Part shown: in pieces, positions 58,771 to 64,000 of the stretch
Numbering within the stretch: position 1 is the first letter of the stretch
How the letters are laid out: each line of letters begins with the position of its first letter
Source of the DNA: the human T2T-CHM13v2.0 reference genome, Homo sapiens
Reading direction: 5' to 3' (one strand)
Assembly: GCF_009914755.1 (NCBI RefSeq)
Contig: NC_060929.1
DNA length: 64,000 nucleotides
Made by a program: the position numbers and the translations under genes
Notes under the pieces: generated by a model
The model's database searches: none
Seen by the model: the letters and a program-made list of their open reading frames with translations, nothing else
What the model was told of the DNA's origin: nothing

Positions 58771-59279
58771 CTAAAAAAATACTACTGGAAGAAAACACAT
58801 TCCTATTACTCAGAGTGTTGACATATTTATTAAAGTAGCATAAAGGCCACTGAGTTAGTCACTAAAAAATAGAAATGAAAATGTGACTATCAATTGAAAC
58901 TTAGACGTTTCTACCTTTATGTTTCTCTTTTTTTTTTTTTTCTGTATCAGGTTCACACATTGCAAAGTAAATGGGAGCTATTTAGCAAATGGCCAGTTCC
59001 TTTCATCAATGGAGTATGAAATTCTGGTAGCTCAAGGCTCAAGGCTCAAGGTTTTGAATAGGCACCATTTTTGGCTGACTACTTTGCCTAAATCATGCAG
59101 TGCTCAATAGACCTGAATGTAGATAGACTGTACACTAAGAAATCAGTTCTCCTGAAGACATTTGTTCTCCCAGGTGAATGTATGTGTGTGAAGTGCAAAC
59201 GGGAGGTACAGCAAATAACAGCAGAAAAAGAATATGTAGAAATAGTTCTGACGGAGAGAAAGAAGTTTCTTTCTTCAAA

Positions 59280-60480
59280 AGAAACTTTATGTTTTGAGAT
59301 AATTGTAGATTTCACATGCATTTGTAAGAAATAATGCAGTTACCCAGTTTCCTCCAGTGGTAACATCTTGCAAAACTGTAGTGCAACATCCAGACCAGGA
59401 GATTGACATTGATAACGTCAAGATACGAACATTTCCGTCACCACAAAGATATCTCATGTGGCCCTTTTATAACAACATCCATTTTCCTCTAGCCTCCAAA
59501 TTACCCCTGAGAATCACTAATCTTTCTCTACTTTTATAATTTTCTTATTTTAAGAATTTGGGAAATTGTTAGCCAGTATTTCTTCAAGTACATTTTCAGC
59601 TCTTCCCTCTTTCTTCTCTCTTTCTGAAACTCTGATGACACGAATGTTAGATCTTTTATTATAGTTCCACATGTCCCTGAGGCTCTATTCATGTTTTTCA
59701 GTCTATTTTCTCCGTGTTCAGATGGATAATATCTATTGATTTATCCTCCAATTCAATGATTTGTTCCTGTGTCTCTTCCATTCTGATATTTAGCCCATTC
59801 ACTGAGCATTTTATTTCAGTTCTATTTTTCAGCTCTGAAGTGCCCATTTGGTTCTTGTTAATATCTTCTATTTCTTTGCTGAAGCTTTCTGCTTTTTCAT
59901 TTGTTATAAGCATATGTGTAATTTACTCATAGAATAAATGTTTGTACCACGCTTGAAATATTTTTCATAGCTGCTGCAAAATCCTTGCCAGATAATTCTA
60001 ACATCTCTGTCATCTTGGTGTTGCCATTTATTAACTTTTTTATTTAATTTGAAATATTCCTGGTTCTTGGTATAATGTGTGATTTTTAATTCAAACCTGG
60101 ACACTTTCATATCATGTTAGTAGACTCTGGATCTTATTGAAAGCTTTTAACTATCTTTTTCTGATACTGCTCTGCCAGTGAAAGGAGGGAGGACACCTTA
60201 TAATTGCCAGGTGGAGGTAGAACCCCAGAATCCCCCTTGATCTCTGTTGTTCCCTGACCTGAGGGGGTTCCTCCTTACTGCTGGACGTCCACTGTGAGAG
60301 TTCCAGCTTCCCACATGGTCTCCACTGACAGTGCAGTAGGGATGACACTGCTACCCTTGAGTGATGGTGAAACTCCTGACTCTCCACCAGGTCTCCCCCG
60401 ACACCTCCTAGCAGGGAAGCAGAGAAGCACTTGCTTCTGTCCTTATAGCCAGGTGGGGGTGGGTGTTGGACTGAGTCAGC
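59280..60480 (-). mobile_element. Old L1M pieces: 3' end about 59280-59555, ORF1/5' region about 59556-60480
   Basis: gagataattgtagatttcacatgc; ORF 59698-59913(-) resembles the ORF1p coiled coil (SKEIEDINKNQM...ELKN..EIK.S.NGLN.RME..E.I.ELED). Confidence 0.75.
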
Positions 60481-61699
60481 CTGGCCCTTACGGGTACAGG
60501 AAGTTTACCACCATTACCATGATTGACAAGCTTTCACAGGAAGCCCATGGTTGAAATTTGGACGAAACAGTTTCCCAAAGTACAGGAGCTGGTGTTAGCA
60601 GACTTCCTTACAGGAAAAGGTCCTGAGTGGAAAAAAACATGAGATACCTAGTATATTCTTATTCAGCTTAGGTAATTTTGAATGTTTATTTAAAAAAATC
60701 CTTTTAGTGATTGTGGCCTCTTTAAAAAGGCAATGACAGAGAAGGTACAATAACATTCAAGTCACATCATCTCTTTGTTCAACATTCACTCATTCTGCTA
60801 GTGTTTACTGAGTGAGTACTTTGTGTTAGCAGCTGTGCTAGGTATTGGGAGCACACTGGTGAAAAACATACCACCCTTGTCTCAAGGAGATTGCCATACT
60901 GTATTGAAAGCTGGGGATTAGGTTTGGAAGCTAGGTAAAAAGCTTGGAATTTTGGGTTAAGACATTGGTACAATATCTTAACTTTGAAAATTAAAATATA
61001 TAAACGTGAATAGGCCTGTATTTGCAGCTGGAATAGTGCTTTTCTTTTTGTTTTGCTTAATTGGCTGTGGCTTTTATAGTGAATAGGCCAACATGCATTT
61101 TTATCAACTTCTATGATCAGAAGGATGTTTAAAAATCAAGTATGCTTTCCATTTTGTTTTAAGCTGGAATTTCATAAAATGAGTTATCTCCATTTCCCAG
61201 TAGAGTAGGCAATAAAGCTTTGAAAAATATTTACAGAATTTAATTTCAAGAAAGATACATGTAGTTGGTCACCAGAATTTACTTTTCACTGTTGGCTTTA
61301 ATTTGATATTAAAGACTCTGAAAAGAGACCCAATCGAAAAGGGAGGACAGTGACTCCCAGTTGAATAATGGCCAGGTCCAGAGAGGCAGTGGCGTGGGGT
61401 GGAGAGAAACTGAGAAACTGAATCAATCTGGCACTTACCATCTGGGTGACTCTAGACATTTAACTCTTCAAGCCTCAGTTTCTGCTGTCCGTTTTCCCAT
61501 TTGTAAATTGCAAGGGAGAGACTAAGACCGTCAGGGAAATAATAGCATATAAAAAGCAAATTGTCAACTGTACATCAAACTTCAAGAAGAGCTTCCTTTG
61601 TTCTACTACTTTACACCCAGTTTATTTTCAAATATGCCTCCAAAATGATCAGATCCAGGGTAAGTTCCCTGCATGGTGACAGAAGAATCACAAAGACCA

Positions 61700-62103
61700 T
61701 GCTATACTTTGAATATTTGTCCACCCCAAAACTCATGTTGAGATTTAATCCCCAATGTGGCAATTTTGAGAGGTGGGACCTTTAAGAGGTGATTGGGTCA
61801 TGAGGGCTCTGCCTCCCGAATGGATGAATCCATTCATGGATTAATGGATTAATGGGTTAATGGATTTACGGGTTATCACAGGAGTGGGGCTGGTGGCTTT
61901 AGAAGAAGAGGAAGAGAGACCTGAACTAGCACGCTCAGCTACCTCACTGTGTGGTGCCCCGTGTGCTGCCTCCACCAGCAGGAAGGCTCCCGTCAGATGT
62001 GCCCCTTGAGCTTGGATCTTTCAGCCTCCAAAAAAATAATTTCTTTTCTTTGTAAATTACCCAGTTTCAGGAATTCTGTTATAAGCTACAGAAAACTAAT
62101 ACA
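61700..62103 (+). mobile_element. MSTC/MSTD-like MaLR LTR
   Basis: tgctatactttgaatatttgtcc..ccaaaactcatgttgaga..ttaatggattaatgggttaatgg..aaactaataca. Confidence 0.85.
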
Positions 62104-63299
62104 GACCAGGTGAGCAGAAATTCGCTTTTGCATGAAGATAAAGTAGACGTCAGCTCCTTTCTAGATTGGATTTATGCTTTCAGGTAGAATCTGAAATAAC
62201 TCACTCTTCCAAATTTTTGATATCTCTACCTTCTTTAGGGCCTATGACACAGGTTTTAGATATAATTTGACAGACATTTAGGAAGCACATATTATTGGCC
62301 AGTGTGCTGGATTCTAGATATTAAAAGATGAATTAAAATAGTCTTTCATCTCTTTGGACCTGGACAGTGGAAAAATCAGCACAATACAAAACATTTGATC
62401 CCATTCTTGAAAATAGATTATTATTTTTTTCTTTCAGTACATGATATCTAGATTTAAAAATCTTGAAATATGGATGTTTTATCCCGTTGTTACAAAGGAA
62501 AATTGTAGTAAATAAAGGAAATTACCCAAATAGAATCTATAAGAAGTTAAATCACTAAGAATTTCTGCATGTGGTCACAAGCCTTTTAAGAAATACGTAA
62601 TTACAAAACGCCTGGTTCTGTATTCACGCATCATATGCATATATCTATGTATGTATATCTCTATATACGCATATTTATGTATGTATGCATCAATATACAC
62701 TTTTAATTTAATTTGCAACATCTAACATCTACAAGGAAAAACTGCTCTGTGCTTGCCTCACTACAAAGAAATTTGCACGGTGAGTGCCCTGGTCTTTATT
62801 AGGATGTAATGTTATAAAATTCTAGGTATTTACATGAAAAGGGAATAAAACATTAAGGAGAATTTCCTTTTTCTGTTTAATGCAGCGAACACCAAAGGGC
62901 CATTTTAAAGCTGTAGAAGTGTCACATAAATTTCCAAAAGAGGCTATAATGTTTTAAACAAAGGATAACACCAACCACAAGAAAAAAAAAAATCACAGAA
63001 ACGAGGAGAAAATACATTTCCTGGCTCTGAAGCTGTTAAACATTCTGAGCCAGGAAACCTCCTTCACCGGGGCGGGGCAGGGAAAGTCTGGCTCTCCTGG
63101 GACCGACTCCCTGCTAAGTCGCCCCAAGTTTTCCCTCCCTCTGTCTTCCATTTTCCGCCCCAGTCTCCAAACAGGGAAGTCACAGGAGAATGCCAACGCA
63201 TACACCTGAAAGGTGTCAGAATTAGACACGGATGCGTGTTTATTTTAAATGCCCACGCACTTAAAATAGGCTGTACTTGCAGACAAACTCAAGGGATTC

Positions 63300-64000
63300 C
63301 AAACGACGCCTGGAAGTTCATCTTATAGATTGGGGGCCAAGCCTGTAAAAGAACAACAGTAAAACAGAGCCAACAGGACGTTGCTTCGCTCCGAAGGGTT
63401 CGCGCGTAGCGCGCTGAGCCGGTGCCCAGGCTGGGGCCTGGAGCCGCAGCCCCGAAAAGGCGCGCTGCCCCTTTAAAAGGCCGCGCATCTCCGGGCCGGC
63501 CTTCCTCCCCGGGGCTCCAGCTGTGATTGACGCTGGGCGGCGAGAGGAGGCGCCTGGCGCTAACAAAAGTCCGGCCCGCGGGCGAGCTGCGCCGGGTCGC
63601 TAGTCTTCACTCGCTCCGGGGACCCGCAACAAGTGGCCGCCGCGCCCTCCCCGGGGAAGCCGCGGGCGCGCAGGGGCAGCCGAAGGAGGCGGTCGAGCCG
63701 CGGAGCCCAGGGGCCTGCCCGGCTCAGCGCCCACCGGAGGGGATCGGGGCGGGCGGATGGGGACCCGGCGGCGGCGGCGCGGTGAGCCTCTGGGCGGCCC
63801 CGGGGCGCGGGCTGTGCGCGGCGCTGCGCCCGCCGGCCCCCAGCGCGGATTGTAAGTGCTGCAGCTGTGCCCGGCCCCGCCTGGAGCCACCGGGGGTGCC
63901 AGGAGGGGACGCAGCACCCCCTCCCACTGGAGTGCGGGGACCTCTCCAGGCCGGAGGTCGGCCCCGGAGCTTGGGGGGGATGTGCAGCTAACGGTCCCGT
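63300..64000. promoter_or_regulatory. CpG island / gene promoter, runs off the window end
   Basis: Abrupt rise in GC and CpG density; GC boxes (ggggcgggg at 63069 just upstream, ggggcgggc at 63746); TATA-like cctttaaaagg at 63470-63480. Confidence 0.95.
63560..63781 (+). other. Candidate first (probably non-coding) exon ending at donor GCG|GTGAGC
   Basis: Near-consensus 5' splice site at 63781/63782 inside the CpG island; start is a guess; a second donor ATT|GTAAGT lies at 63851/63852; gene identity not established. Confidence 0.5.

Noticed and set aside
50960-62103. Oppositely oriented MSTC/D-like LTRs as the ends of one large element
   Set aside because: Proviral LTRs are direct repeats; these are better explained as independent solo LTRs, and no shared TSD is visible.
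63318-63991. Pro/Gly/Arg/Ala-rich ORFs on both strands
   Set aside because: Expected by chance in stop-poor CpG-island DNA; no protein similarity recognised.

Overview
Primate (human-like) intergenic DNA, rich in interspersed repeats: L1 of several ages, 11 near-complete Alus plus one orphan Alu 3' end, MaLR/ERVL/ERV1 LTRs, L2, MIR and DNA transposons. It ends in a CpG-island promoter with candidate first exon(s) at about 63300-64000. No intact protein-coding gene is supported. The only gene-derived sequence is a full-length processed gamma-actin (ACTG1) pseudogene at 14044-15980, with poly(A) and a 12-bp TSD. The least expected structure is three separate short-range inverted duplications of apparently different ages. 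(1) A perfect 112-bp inverted repeat (11022-11133 / 12015-12126) is fused to an orphan Alu 3' end. (2) An older ~435-bp inverted copy is bracketed by a 27-bp direct repeat and was later split by the actin retrocopy. (3) A ~145-bp inverted copy lies at 47429-48227. All three resemble templated-insertion (template-switch) repair scars. I do not see a new biological system in the sense of a novel gene cluster. Repeat subfamily names come from recalled consensus sequences, identity estimates other than the two counted repeats are by eye, and boundaries of old repeats are approximate.
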